The notes under the pieces: model-generated
Database searches by the model: none
Seen by the model: the letters and a program-made list of their open reading frames with translations, nothing else
What the model was told of the DNA's origin: nothing
Part shown: positions 1 through 14,006 of the stretch, one piece after another
Layout: each line of letters opens with the position of its first letter
How positions within the stretch are numbered: the stretch's first letter is position 1
Translations under genes and position numbers: made by a program
Origin: Azolla caroliniana
Taxonomy: Eukaryota > Plantae > Polypodiophyta
Assembly (NCBI GenBank): GCA_043228905.1
Contig: JBHGNT010000006.1
Location: 5,332,001 to 5,396,000 of the forward strand
Direction: 5' to 3'
DNA length: 64,000 bases

Positions 1-1553
1 AGTTGTCCAACCACTATGGCATTTTTAATGTCAATCTATGCAATGATCTTAGCATGTAAACTACTTGATGATTATTTTAACCCAATTCTTTAATGGAGTA
101 GTTCCACCTTCTTCACATGTGAAGAGTGAAGGAAACCTTGCTTTAACAAAATGTTGAATAAGGTAGACTAAGATAACTAACCCACTTTAGCAATTTGGCC
201 ATTAGACACATCAACATCAATATATCATTTCCTAATCATAGTCCCTTGTTCACATCATCATGTGTAAAACTTAAAACGCTCGCATAAGGCATCTACTCAT
301 TTGGATCTAGATTTGATATAGAGTATAATCTCTAAACTTGGGTAAAAAGTATATCAACATATCTAGTGGCACAAGTCTATGGAAAACTACTCAAGTATAA
401 TTTCCACGGTTGTGTATGAGAACACTATTGTATGGGTTTAAGCCCACTATGAAAATATGTTGAAAATGGAATAAGTTTGGCTTTCTTGATGTTTGTTGAG
501 CTAATAAACTCACATTTTCATTTTACCAATTCTAATTTATTCCTTCTTACCTTTATCTTCTCCTCTTTAGTTAAATGAAAATACTTGTCTATTCTCTACA
601 TTGCCCATCATACCAACGAAAATTTGCCCTCATTTGGGTGAGACAAACAAAACGTTTTTGTGTTGGGCGATTTCTAAAGTTTTTGTGGCCATGTTGTAAT
701 TAACTTTTTCCCATATAAAATGTCAAATAATGCACAACTTTATCACATTTTACTCATACTTTGTTCTTCTATATTGTTGATTAGCATCTTGTCAATTACT
801 TTCAATACCCAAAAAATAAAAAGGAACATGATATGATCACTATGGTCCATTCCGAATCATTATACTAGCATTTTCCTTTTAAGGTAGGCTTGGCCACGAT
901 ATAAAAATATCCCGTGGATTTTCAAATGTATTTACTAGGACACAAGTATTTAGTTATGATGTATTTCAAATATTTTTTGTTATGCAAACCATTTCTATTT
1001 TCAGATCAAGAAATATTTCACCATCTTATTTTATCATCAATCAGCGTGATCAGCCCAATTGCACTTAGCTCAACATATCTAGCATCTCTTACCATCTTGG
1101 ATCAAGCTCTTAGCTAACAATTACAGATTCTTGTTTAAAAGGTGCCCATTGATCCCCCCCAACAAGAGAATGCCCTCTCTCAAAGCCAGAACAGTTGTCT
1201 AGATGTGCAAAACAAACATGCCTATCCAAGTAACCAAATTTGCTGATGCAATTCCTTTGGAGGGAAACATGTAAAAGATAATTTACTGCTACATCACATA
1301 TACATCCCCTGGTGCAAAGGGCCGTGATGTTTGACAATGATTTTGTCAGCATGTAAACTCACTATTACATGATACATCCCCTGGTGTGAAGTTCTTGATG
1401 TTTGACGATGATTTTGTCAGCATGTATTTGTATTGTTATATCACCCAATAATTGTAACAAAAAAAAATAAAAGTTAAAAAAGAGGAAATAGATGTTTACA
1501 ATCTCAATAGACATCATCATGACTACACCAAGCAATAAGCATATTATTAAGAT

Positions 1554-1787
1554 ATCCAATGTGGAAGGAAAGGGGAGATTGCAGTAAAAGCTTTGGAGAA
1601 GGTGTCAATGTTTACCGAAAATAACACCTACCCGTTTTCATTAACTACTTTTGTCCAATGGCAATAAGCATACAAAATCCAATGTGGAAGGAAAGGAGAG
1701 ATTGCAGTACAAGCTTGGAGAAGGTGTCAATGTTTACCGAAAATAACACCTACCCGTTTTCATTAACTACTTTCGTCTGATGGCAAT
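1554..1787. repeat. ~122-bp tandem duplication spanning the ACA stop codon and proximal 3' UTR
   Basis: tccaatgtggaaggaaagg...cccgttttcattaactacttt...atggcaat occurs at ~1554-1665 and ~1677-1787. Confidence 0.85.
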
Positions 1788-4700
1788 CTTTTATAGCCAT
1801 TATGCAAACCATCCCCTTGACTTGTCCTTCCTATCATCCCCCATAGTATTTCTATGAAAGGTTTGGAAGGCACTGGTATGAGCTTAATCAAAACGCCAAC
1901 AAAGAGACTTAAGCATCCCAATAGGACACTAATTGCCCACTGTGTTGCATTAAGAGGCACAGTATTAGCAAACACTCCAAGGAACTCAACAATGACTACT
2001 TGAAAAACTACTGTAAAGAGTAGGACAGACAAAAATACAACATTCGTGGAAATATTCTGAAACACGTTCAATCTTTCCATCTCACGCGAATTGATCTCAT
2101 TAAAAACCTACAATTAATACAGGTAGTTAGAATGCAGCATGCTTTCTTCAGGAACTAAATAAAAAACAAACACACAAAAATAGAATAAGCTTACTGAACT
2201 TACCTGGCAAAAAACAAAAGAGTTGAATATCAAGGTTTTAAGAACAAGGCCACTTAGATGTAGTAATCTTTCTCCTTGAAATTGTAAGGTCCATAGAACA
2301 ATGAGTTGATACACCGCCTGGCCCCATATGTTTCTCCACATCACATTTGTGATGAAGTTTCCTTGTCGACCAACAGGTGGCTTCTCCATCAACTCCGGAT
2401 AAGGAGCCTCAGTGGCCAATGCTAATGCTCCTAGCGTATCCATGATGAGATTCACCCACAACAGCTGCACAGCTGTAAGAGGGACATCACCTGACCAAAG
2501 CATAAATGAACATAGTTGGTGCATATTCAAGCATTAATATTAACTTTGCATGACCAAAGTACTTGCAACTTGCCATTGACATAAAATCAAGCATTAGTAC
2601 TATCATTAGCTTTTCGGGGTATTGGCATGATGAAAGTCATGTTCCTATCATTAGCTCTTCAGAGTATTGGTATTTTTATTGTCCCTCCTAATTTGAAAGG
2701 TTCATAAAACGAGATCAGGCCTCCCAGGCAAGAGGGCACTGCATGCCTGTGTGAAACATCCAATGCCCAATGAACCAGCCACATGCCAATCCCAGACCCC
2801 ACCACCAACCTCAGTTCATCAGGTTTAAGGTTCATTGACCATTGGTCTTCAGCCATTTCATGCTGACCACACAGCTCCATTTCAAGAATTTTGGAGAAAC
2901 AAGTAAATAAAATAAAATGGTCTCTACATAATGCTACAAAATAACAAAAACTTCGCCTACACAACAAAGGATTTTGGATTTATTCCATTCTACATAGAAA
3001 TGGTGAGACCATAAGAACAAAAACTTCACCTACAAGTCACTGTATAATGTCACAAAGGAACAAAAATAGCACCTCCCTGTCAAAGGGTTTTGGGTTTATG
3101 AACGTAACTATTATGCTGTTTCTATAAAGAAATGGTGACTTGTTTTGGTACAAAGTTGAAACCATAATACTTGTATAATGCAGAAAAACAGAAGAGGCCA
3201 ACACAAAAAACAGAAAAAAAACTAGAGGCCAGGGATCCCAAGCATTATGAAGGCCTTAGACAATGAAAACACATACTCATCCTACACAATGCAAGATTTC
3301 CAACTCAATGTGAAGTAAAATATCACACAGATGAATGAGAGGAGAGTAATAGTGTCCCTGATTATTCCAGAAATTTGTGACATCAAAATTCCCATCACAA
3401 AAAAACCAACTGCACAGCAAAAGACTCAGACAAACACCAAGAATACAATCACACTCATGTGTGAAAAGAAGAAATATTCAGACTTGCAATTGATGATTAT
3501 ATCCTTTACAAAGAGGGAAAGAAATGACTTATTGATTTTTTAATCTACTAATGGCCATAATTGGTCTAAGAGAATGTAGATGTACAAAGGTGTATGTATG
3601 TTTGTCACTACCAGAAATGGTACCACATTCGTAAGAGAATGGTAGCAATGAAACATGAGATGCTTATGTGATCTCACAGTACAAGCATGATTTATTGATT
3701 TTTTAATCTACTAATGGCCAAAATTTGTCTAAGAGAAAGTAGATGTACAAAGATGTATGTATGTTTGTCACTACCAGAAATGGTACCACATTCGTAAGAG
3801 AATGGTAGCAATGAAACATGAGATGCTTATGTGATCTCACAGTACAAGCATGATTAGTTGTAGCAGCTCCCGAATCTGATAACGCCTATATGCCCAAGGT
3901 TTAAAGGTAGGAAACTGATGAAATGCAGCTAAAATGTGGTCCTCCCTAGCCTGTAATAATCGAAGAGTGTAGAATGAAATACATGACTGGTCATGGGGCA
4001 AACATGCCACCATTTAGGCAGTCCTACCGTGAGCAGTATGGGAGTATCAGGATGTGATCTTGGCTATCTGTCTATGATGGAGACTGGAAGCTCTGTTTTG
4101 GGGCTTTTGGTCATCTCCTGACTCTTATCATATGCGCCTGCTGGAGGGTGACTCTACCACGTGCAAATGGTGATGAAAATGTGACCCTTTGAGGGTGACA
4201 TGTCCCATCCCTATCTGTAAGTTGTGGGGCATTTATATGTCAATGTAGAAAGGCCACTGAATGAACCAATCTGCTAGAATTAAACCCATCAGCATTTATA
4301 TATCCTGTCAGTTGAAAGGGGCTCTCTATACCCAGGTCTCCCTTATGCAAAGCTTCCATAATTCATATCTGAGCATTGTATTTCTCTCACTGCAAGAGAG
4401 GTGGATGTGTTGGAAATCAATGTCACCTGCAGTAACATAACCCAGTTACCTAAGCTGCTGTGATTTTACATGCTAGAAACTCTCTCATTCTCTGGATAAA
4501 ACAGACCATCTTGAAGAGGGTATCCACTGGTATGTGGTATCAAGACCTTACTGCACGTTAGGCATGACATCATACTTATTTTCAGTCTCTCAATCTGTGT
4601 TCAAAAATTCGCTGAGAGTCCAGAAGTGTGTTCAAAAGCTGATGTGACCAGTGTGACCAGTGTGTTCAAAAGCCACCCTTCTGTAACTGAACATCTCCAC

Positions 4701-7700
4701 TCCAGCATAGCCAAGGTTGAATAGCCTTTGATCAGTCTATCAGAAGCTACAAATACCAAGGCGAAGCACCCTAGGGAGCTGGCATACATAAGACACCACC
4801 AACATTACAGGGAATATTGCGAGTCACCTAACAGTAATGGAAGCATGCAAAATCATAAACTTGATTTATTCTAGATGCAAAACTTACTAGATTTAGGACA
4901 ATCTGCAGCTCTGAAATCATGAAGAGTCATGAGCATAACGCATGATATACAAGGCAGTATATCCAAGGTTCATACCATCTTTCCCGGCTCATAACATATG
5001 GTCTGATATCTCATCAATGTAGAGTCCAAAGGTGTCAGAGAAAATGGGCATCCTTGTTTCACGCTAATGAGCTAGTAATGTGCTCTGATAGGCCTCAAGG
5101 GCGCCACACTCTATGTGCCATTTGTCGCATTCAAGGTCAACGCTATATTAGTGTTCCAATGCCCATTCTACTGCCTCCAGGTGACTAAAAAGGAAAATTT
5201 CATTGGAAGAGCACTTTCCAACACATATTCACATCATAAACTCAAACTAAAATTTTCCAATAGAATTACCTGATACATTAAGCTCTACAGGAATCATAAG
5301 TATGCTATGTTCTCCCTATAGTTTGTATGTTGGCTTGACGTGCTACCCCAAATGTTTAATATCCCTTATTAAGAACATTTACAGCAAAGACATATGATCA
5401 CCAGATGAATGTCATAGATTACAATAAAACACCGAGAAATTTAAAACCATATTCACTATCTAATAATAATAATAATATATTCTGAAATGGGGACAGTGTC
5501 AGAAGGATATGTTGATTGAGAAATTGTTTCAGTATAGGACATGATAAATATGGTTTTTGAGAACACGATCAGGATGAAATACCTGTGACGCATGCAGAGA
5601 AAAAGTTAATCACCAGTGCTACAATATTCACAGTCAGCTGAAACTGAACGAATTTCTGGATATTTGTGTACACAGAACGACCCCATTTTGCCACATTGAC
5701 AATACTTGAAAAGTTATCATCCAATATTATGACATCAGCGCTTGATTTGGCCACCTGTACTAGAACATGATCAATAAAAACAAAGCTATTTTGTAAGTTA
5801 TATATTATTATTCTATCTATTATTCATTCATTTTCTTTCACACATTATTTTAACTAGCTTTTAGCATTGTATAAACATGAATGTGTTGCCACACTCACAT
5901 TGAGGCTTCCAACAAGTATACCATGTCAGACTAGAAAAATGTCTCCTCTATGTGCATCATTATGTATGCATGAATTTTGCAAAAGAAAATGATATAGAAA
6001 CACAGTTATCTACCTCAGTTCCAGATATGCCCATCGCGAGTCCAATATCTGCTTCATGCAAAGCTGGTGCATCATTTGTTCCATCACCAGTGACAGCAAC
6101 AACTTCTTGTTGCTCTTTTAGATGTTGTACTAGCATTAATTTGTCACTAGGACTAAACCTTGCTAAAACCTGCCAAACTAGATAACAGAGAATTGATGAA
6201 CTCAAACTTTAACTGAAGACTTTTATCTCAGCCATACAACCAAAACAGACTAGCTTTGCGCATAAATATATACACAAACATAGAAGCAAACTAGGAATTT
6301 GAACTTATGAAACATGAAACATAGAGAGGCCTTAAATGAAGTGAAAAGAGAACTAACAGTAGAGATATGAAACTCAAAGATTGAACTAATCACCTTTACA
6401 ATGATCGGCTCAAAGACCGCAATTGTCAAGACCATAAAGATGGAGGAGGGACATGGAAAATGACAGAAAACGGAAACCCAAACTTTGATCAAACACCAGG
6501 GTGGCACCAGAAAGAGAGGTGCTGTCCCAGAAAAAGCTCTTTCTGAAGACTATCCCCTGGAGGATAGTGTTGCCTGCGTTTTAGTTTATCTTTTGTATGT
6601 ATTTTCATACCCCTTTTTGTCTGTCATTGAGCTTCATGGGATCTTTTATAATTGATTTATTTACTTATTTACAGTAGTGTAACTGATTCTCTTGATTTTG
6701 TATCAGTATTTATTTAGACTTAAATATGTAAGCCTTTCAAATTTGATGTACCTTTATAATACCAGAATAGTCCGGATTGAGCAGTTAAGCGTGTATGTGG
6801 CATGTGCAAAGGAGTAACTGGATGTATACATGCATGTGTAGAGAGAGAGACTAAACGAGAGAAAGAAAGAAAGACAAACTGTGTAACATCTGATGAAGGC
6901 TGAAATTGGCCTATGAGACAAACAGATGTACAAGTGTATGCCGTCCAACACCAGAAATGGTATGAAAAGCTAGGACAAGAATGATGACAATGGAACCTAA
7001 GATGCATGAGAAAAGAGATGTAATAAATAAGAATGAGTAAGCTTGCCTGGATCTTTGGAAGTTTATCTAGTCTCTCATTGATAGACCATTGGCGGAAAAC
7101 AGGACCCTCAATAGCCAATCCATCATCAGTGAGAATATTGCACTCACGAGCTATCGCTTTCGCAGTATCCAGATTATCTCCAGTCACCATGCGTACTTTA
7201 ATACCAGCTTTGAAACACAGTTGTACAGCCTCCTTTACCTCAGGTCGAATAGGATCCTTGATCCCAACAATGGCCATAAAGGTTAGACCAACCATGGGAA
7301 CAACTTCTTCCCTGTCAGGTATATTCTCATGGTCTATGTATGCCAAGCATAGAGTTCGAAGGGCATCCTTTGAAAATTCCTGGATGACATTCTCCAATTC
7401 TTGCATCCTTGATGAATCTAGAGGAATTGATATTCCATGTTCATCCATCCAATGATCACACGCTTTCAAAACTATCTCTGCTGCTCCTTTGCAAAAGGAC
7501 CTATACCCTCCATCTTCCAGCTTCACTAGAACAGACATTTTCTTTTCCACTGAATTGAACGGTGCGACTCTAACAATCTCACAGACTGATCTCACTTTAG
7601 AGAATTTTCCTCCTAACGATAATCCAAGTCTTAGAATTGCAGCCTCCGTAGGAGAACCATAGACTTGACTGTTATCACGGAGCTCCACAAAATCGCCACT

Positions 7701-9516
7701 TGTATTCAGGAAGATGTTCTGGAGAAATAGCTCTAATGCTTTTCCAGAGAGATTCATCTGATCATCTTGGGTAGTGCTTGTCTGCCCCGCACAAAACACT
7801 TTGACAACAGTCATTTTATTGGTGGTTAATGTTCCGGTCTTATCACTGCAAATGCATGTGGCAGAACCCATCGTCTCACATGCTGCCAAATTCCTGACAA
7901 GAGCCTTATCATCCATCATCTGTTTCATTGCATATGCAAGGCTCAATGTAACTGCAAGTGGTAGCCCCTCTGGTACAGCCACTACAAGAATCGTCACTGC
8001 AATTGCAAAGTAGTTCACAATTTCAATAAGGTAATCCATCCTCCAATGGTTGAAACCCTCTCCGAATCGCGCAAGTATAAACCGTATCATAAGCACACCA
8101 AAAGTAAGAAGGGAAAAACCAAGCCCAATTTTCCCCACAATGGTTGCCACTCCATTCAACCGAACCTGCAAAGGTGTCTCATTATCGCCACCTTCACTAA
8201 GCTTAGCCATCAACTTCCCCCACTCAGTGCCCATCCCAACTGCTGTAACTAACATTCTTCCACACCCGTTTAATACCATGCTTCCTCCCAACAAAAAAGG
8301 TTTTTCCTTACTAGGATGGAATGGCTCACTTTCTCCTGTCAAGCTTGATTGATCAATTGTGAGTGAGTATCCTGACAAGAAGAGGCCGTCCGCGGGAACT
8401 TGATCCCCTGTTGAGAGGTTTACTACATCTCCCACCACAAGATCATATATAGAAATCTCCATTCTATTGCCACCCCGAATAACCTCTACATTTATTTTTT
8501 TCTTTTCATTCTCAAGAATCAGAAACTGAAAAGATTGTTTGTAATCGCTAGTTGCTGTGACAAGCACCACAATGAAGATACTAAGAAGGATTCCCACACC
8601 ATCATACCAACCTCTAGAGAATCCTTCAGTGGGAATGCCTACTGCCAAAGAAACTACAGCACAAACAGCTAAAATGATTAGTGTTAAATCTTGGCAAGCC
8701 TCCCAAACATATAGCAAAAAACCACGCCGTGGTTCCTCTTCATACGTATTGGAACCAAACTCTTTTGTCCTTTCCTTTATGTCCACATCAGACCCATTGA
8801 TTCCCTGGTCAATAGACCGGACATCCAGCTTTGCAGCAATTCCTCCAATTCCATTAAGCTTTCTATAAAGCCCGGGATTATCTCGAATCTCTTCCAATTG
8901 ATGTGGAGTGATGGTAAACCTCTTTCCTGTAGAGGGTATAGTTAAAAACCAAGTTAACACTTGTGGTTCCATGGTTAAGACAAATGATAGGGGCGGGTTT
9001 TGACCTTCAACCTATGAAAATTAAGGCAGCCTGGGTCGCCAGCACGGCAATCTTGAAATCTCTCACCTGCAAGTGCGTAGGAAAAGGACATAATTACACT
9101 CTGCAGGAGAAATTACAAGTTCACTATTCACATTTCTATTTTGCTTGGGGGCAAAGGGAGAAATCAACCTATCCAATACCTTTACATTTACAGAAAACAA
9201 CTTAAATTTCACGGTTCTGCACAAATTTCACGGTTCTTTCACCAAATCCGTCTTTCTGACACAGAAACTACTCAGAACTTACAGATCTTTTAGCTTCTAT
9301 CAAACAAATTCATCATTCCAATGGCATACATTTGCATGAGAAAGCTCAAAATTTCAGTCCTTTCCAGGAAATGTTGAGAGTGCATACCTCACGCCGCTTC
9401 GCAAGGTTAGCTGTGTATCGAAACCTGCGAGATTTGTTGAGGGAGAAGACGTTCTTCCTCCATGCGTCAAGGTCTTCCAGGGAGGGAGATTTGTGAGGAA
9501 CGACGAAGGAATCCAT
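1763..9516 (-). CDS. ACA: Autoinhibited P2B-type Ca2+-ATPase (7 exons, 1007 aa)
   Basis: Exons are 9516-9388, 9066-9012, 8926-7047, 6169-6014, 5754-5583, 2490-2204 and 2107-1763, totalling 3024 nt in frame. Introns are GT-AG except intron 3 (GC-AG). Motifs: N-terminal CaM-binding region ([14 protein letters not shown]), [61 protein letters not shown]. Confidence 0.95.
3527..3854. repeat. ~163-bp tandem duplication in ACA intron 5
   Basis: ttattgattttttaatctactaatggcca...cacagtacaagcatgatt is present twice, nearly identical. Confidence 0.9.
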
Positions 9517-9637
9517 GGACGCAGAGAACTGGCGGAGGAGAGGAAAGAAGGAGAAGAGAGAGGGAGAGTCATAAAAAATAAATAAAAATCTCAATTCCTG
9601 TGTGTCTGTGGGTTTCTCTCACGCGCGCTCACTCTCT

Positions 9638-9670
<33 letters not shown>

Positions 9671-9710
9671 GAGACAGAGAAGAATCAAACGGAGCGTTAC
9701 GAAGCTCCCA

Positions 9711-9810
9711 NNNNNNNNNNNNNNNNNNNNNNNNNNNNNNNNNNNNNNNNNNNNNNNNNNNNNNNNNNNNNNNNNNNNNNNNNNNNNNNNNNNNNNNNNN
9801 NNNNNNNNNN
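9711..9810. other. Assembly gap (100 N)
   Basis: Run of exactly 100 N, typical of a gap of unknown size. Confidence 0.99.
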
Positions 9811-10779
9811 AATTTGACATATACTAAATAACCACTGTATTGATAGGATCAACAATTTTCATCAAAATAAAGGACTAGTTACCTTGATGCACTTTTTTTC
9901 CTTCCATATTCAATGTGTGGGTATGCACTTCTGGATGGTGGTCTTCGAGTGCAATTTCCACTCCCTTGCACACCCTAAACATTGGATCAATTACGAGAGG
10001 GGAATCAAAGTGAATGTTTAGGTGTAGCACCATCAACAATCACTTCCAAGTGCCATATAAGCAAGACATTGTTATTTGGAATCCAATCATTTAAGATAGT
10101 TAATACTTACAAATTAGGTGCTAATATCAAGCTTATAATTGATTTGTGTCATAGAATGCTTGAATTAAGGTCATCCCCTAGTTTTGTGGATGACAAGCGG
10201 ATGTTTACAATGCTAGGGTCTTCAAACAAGCTTTACTGTTGTTTGGAAGTTGAACTTTGGAAAAAAACCCTGCAATATATGCTCCTTTGATGTGGATCAA
10301 AGTACATACCACCTTTGACATTAAATGAATAGAATTGGATGGGAAACGTTTCTTTTGAGAATGGATCTAAAAAAGGAGCCTCGATTGCCATTCCAAACGA
10401 ACATGGTTGATTGGAAAGTAACAATAAAAATTTACAACAACTTCCCATTATTCTTGGAAATTGTCTAAACCATCATGACATGAAAAGCTAATAGTATAAA
10501 CTTACAACTAATGTACACGATAGTTGGAAATCGTTACTTTAATGATAGCAAACCATCCTTCTTGCATGCATGCCTTTATATCTAGTATCCTTTTTCAATC
10601 TGATAAATTCTATAATAAAATCATACATAACAAGGAGTAGATAACTAAAGTTAGTATTGTCCCATGATATCCTCACCTAGATGAGGCATGAGTGTCTCAT
10701 CGATATGTTGTTCATAGGTACAATAATTTTAGAATACATTAAGATTAGAAGCGAATTATACAAATACGCTTCATACATT

Positions 10780-11529
10780 GTTGATATTAACTTTATTATT
10801 GATGATGTTTGGTAACATTGGCATGTAAATGAACCCATTGGTAATTTAGATGTGTATCAACGCAGAGTACTAAACATAATAAGAATATATTATGGTCTAG
10901 GGGAGGTTGGAGAAAGTGTCATGTCATAGCCTTTATTCAATAAGTTTTTGGTACATACAAACCTACTCAAAGAGTTTTCATTGTTATGTCTCGTTGTCTA
11001 ACAATATAGCATTAGTATACCATATAACAAAAGGTTAGATTCTTCTTAACCATGGTGTATTAGTCAATTTACAAATTAATGCAATGACCATCATAATTTG
11101 AGATACAATTATGATACACAGAAGTAAACCCAAGAAGGGGCATATTTGTTCATTTAGACATTGCGTTGAATCGATATAATGAGAGGCCAACTTGGTGTAA
11201 CTGGGTGGGTAATCAAAAATGAGTTTTTGAATATAATGTCATCAACCCTTACATGTTGTAACTTGTAGGTTAAAGTTTAAATTAAAAAACATTATGTACA
11301 AGAAAATAGAACCATTTTTGGAAATTTACATGTGTACATTGCAGAAATTTAGAGATATTTACTAAATAGTTGAACATGCTAGAATTTTCATGAGGTTATC
11401 ATTTAATGTGATACCAAAGTGAATTGTTAAGAATCTCAAGAGCATATTGGAAGCTATTGATATTAACTTTATTATTGATGATGGTTGGTAACATTGGCAT
11501 GTAAATGAACCCATTGGTAATTTAGATGG
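10780..11529. repeat. ~72-bp dispersed direct repeat (10780-10852 / 11457-11529)
   Basis: ttgatattaactttattattgatgatg.ttggtaacattggcatgtaaatgaacccattggtaatttagatg occurs twice. Confidence 0.85.
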
Positions 11530-12614
11530 CACCAATGAATAACTAGGAGTGGAAAAGTAATAAAAATATACATTAACCCCATTACATGCACAATATTTTA
11601 CTACGTGAGTTAATGCAATTGAATGATAACCATGATGTGTTGTATGTCACGACTCACTACCTACCCACGAGGTTACGACCTTAATGTTGAAATTTGCAAA
11701 CATTACACATGCTACCCATGCATGTTCATGAATGCTTCAACCATGTTCAAGCATGCATATCATGGACATAAGATAATGGTAAACACGTGTACATCTTCCA
11801 ATTCCTAGCAAAGAGAAGAAACAAGCTTCCTATTAAATAACAAAGAGTAGGGACATATTGGTGGTTCTTATTTTGATTACACAATAAATATGCCTAGTAC
11901 TTATTTTAGTAAAGCTTTTGATTTATTCATCAATTCATGTGGAATGTTCAATTAATTGGTTGAGTACCACCCACCTTATCATGCTTTATAATCTATTGAA
12001 CATAGCATGTATTCCTCTTTAATGACATGCAATAATGCAATAGCCAGAACCTTGTGGGGATCAAGTCTCAAAACTTGCACAACTCATTGATATTGCTCTA
12101 ATTCTAGGCTTGTTATACAATAAATAGACTAACCTTACGTAAAGTTAAACACACACCATGTTCTAATTTTTCACATGCTATGGTATGAATGTATTAATAC
12201 ATATAAAAGGTTCATTCGCTTTCGGATTATGGCCATGAAGAACATTTTGGTATTATGTATCTTCTCATGTCTTTTTCTTATTTTTTATGTGGTTCATGTG
12301 AGCTTTCATCTCCCTTTCTCCTAAATTTAATCCATATAAAGTTTGGCATTGTACATAGTTTGATGCATCATTTTAGTGCTTTTCAACTATATAGTAAATA
12401 AGATTTTGTTTCCCAAAAGTTTGAAGCATTTAAGAAACACTCTCAAGGACATACGCAATCCATGTTGTGTTATAATATTGTACGAGTTGCGTGTACTTGT
12501 GCAATAGATGAAAATAGAGGCCCAATGAGAAAGATTTTATGCATTAAAGGCAAAAGGTGAAGCATCCACTTTATTTGTGTATCAATTAACCAAAGAAAAC
12601 AGAAATGAGAAGGG

Positions 12615-13530
12615 CTACATGACTACGTAAGGTCAGTTGGGACCCTTTGCAATGGACATGGCGTGATCCTTATGCGGAGCAAGGAAGTAAACCCATCCCT
12701 TTCTTCCAATTCAAAACTAGATTGGGTCGCCACATCGTAGCTGCTCAAACTGCCCGAGAGCCGGCTACTGCAAAGGTCTGGCACACATATCAAGTTCCTC
12801 ACACAATTATCACCAAGTTTTGGCAAAAAATCTGGAAACAACAACATGCGAGGCGAATTACCACGTTCCAATGACTATTAATACATAAGTCACTACCGGT
12901 GGGGGCATGGCAATGTGGGAACCTTAGCTCTTATAATTGTGTAGAGTGTCTAAATGCAGTAGAACCAATACGACACGCTCTGTGGGATTGCCCAACGTCC
13001 ATCGAATATGGCGGGGGGTTGGCCGCTTGTTGCAATTATGCCAGGTGCAAGGCTCAATCAAGTGGGGAAATATATGTTGGCTATCATGGCAGACACCAAT
13101 TGGCAGATACGAGCATCAGGAGGAGGGGATGACTTTAGTGATAAAAGCACAAGAGGTTTTTTTCTCCACCATCGGCAATGTCCACTCAACTCCTCTTAAT
13201 GACAAATCTCAAGTTGTGTTGGAATTGGTCAGCCCAATAACTCTTTGGATTCTATGGAAACAACGGTGTAGATGGGTCTTCTCCAACCAAACTGCGCATC
13301 CAACAATGTCACTACAAGAGATATGGAGTGAAATTGTAGCCACTCTAAAGAGCCAATATGATTAGCCTTCATCCAACAATGGTCGTCCTCTCCCTTTCTT
13401 GAGTCAGTGGGCATCCACATAAGATGGAACTATCGCGTCCCTATAGGGATTTGTACATAATCATCTCATTTGTAAAATTTTATAACTAATGGAAGAAGTT
13501 TTTTTTAAAAAAAAGAAAAGAAAAAGAAAA
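12615..13530 (+). mobile_element. 5'-truncated L1-type LINE (zf-RVT/C-terminal remnant) with A-rich tail and TSD
   Basis: Frameshifted remnant KFWQKIW..HKSLPVG..C..C...EPIRHALWDCP..ITLWILWKQRC. A-rich tail at ~13507-13530. TSD agaaatgagaaggg at 12601-12614 and 13531-13544. Confidence 0.85.
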
Positions 13531-13600
13531 AGAAATGAGAAGGGGTTGAAACTTGACACACACACTTTCTCTCTTTTATCGTAATTAGATTTAAACCCTA

Positions 13601-13772
13601 ATTGTTACACTATTAGCATTGTGTCTTATGTTAGAAACCCAATTTCTCACCTCTCTATTATTCCATATATATATATATGTATCTTAATTTACTAGATGCC
13701 ATTGTGGAACGTAGGGGTTGTACCCCTGACCTCCTAGTCTCCATTGGGCAACCTTACCAACTAGGCTACATC
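13601..13772 (-). mobile_element. tRNA-derived SINE-like element, copy 1
   Basis: Minus strand reads gatgtagcctagttggtaaggttgcc...ggggtacaacccctacgttcc (A/B-box-like), followed by a body shared with copies 2 and 3. Confidence 0.65.
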
Positions 13773-13809
13773 AATTTCTGGTCTCTTTCTTTTTCACTTT
13801 TTTACCTTA

Positions 13810-13990
13810 TCCTATTGCTAAGACATTTACACTACTAAGGATTGAAACCCAATTTTCTCACCTCTCTATTACTCCATAGATATCTCTTATTTCACCAGAT
13901 GTCATTTGGAATGTAGGGGTTGAACCCATGACCGCCTAGTCTCCATGGGGCAACCTAACCATCTAACCGCCTACATCCATCTAAGCATTA
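13810..13990 (-). mobile_element. tRNA-derived SINE-like element, copy 2
   Basis: Minus strand reads ggatgtagg...ggtcatgggttcaacccctacattcc, then catctggtgaaataagagatatctatggagtaatagagaggtgagaaaattgggtttc. Confidence 0.65.
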
Positions 13991-14006
13991 AGCTCTCTCT
14001 CTCTCT

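Noticed and set aside
1-1250. Possible decayed TE coding sequence
   Set aside because: No motif or terminus could be recognised with confidence.
6720-8972. 750-aa stand-alone ATPase ORF
   Set aside because: It is ACA exon 3 (8926-7047) plus read-through into the flanking introns.
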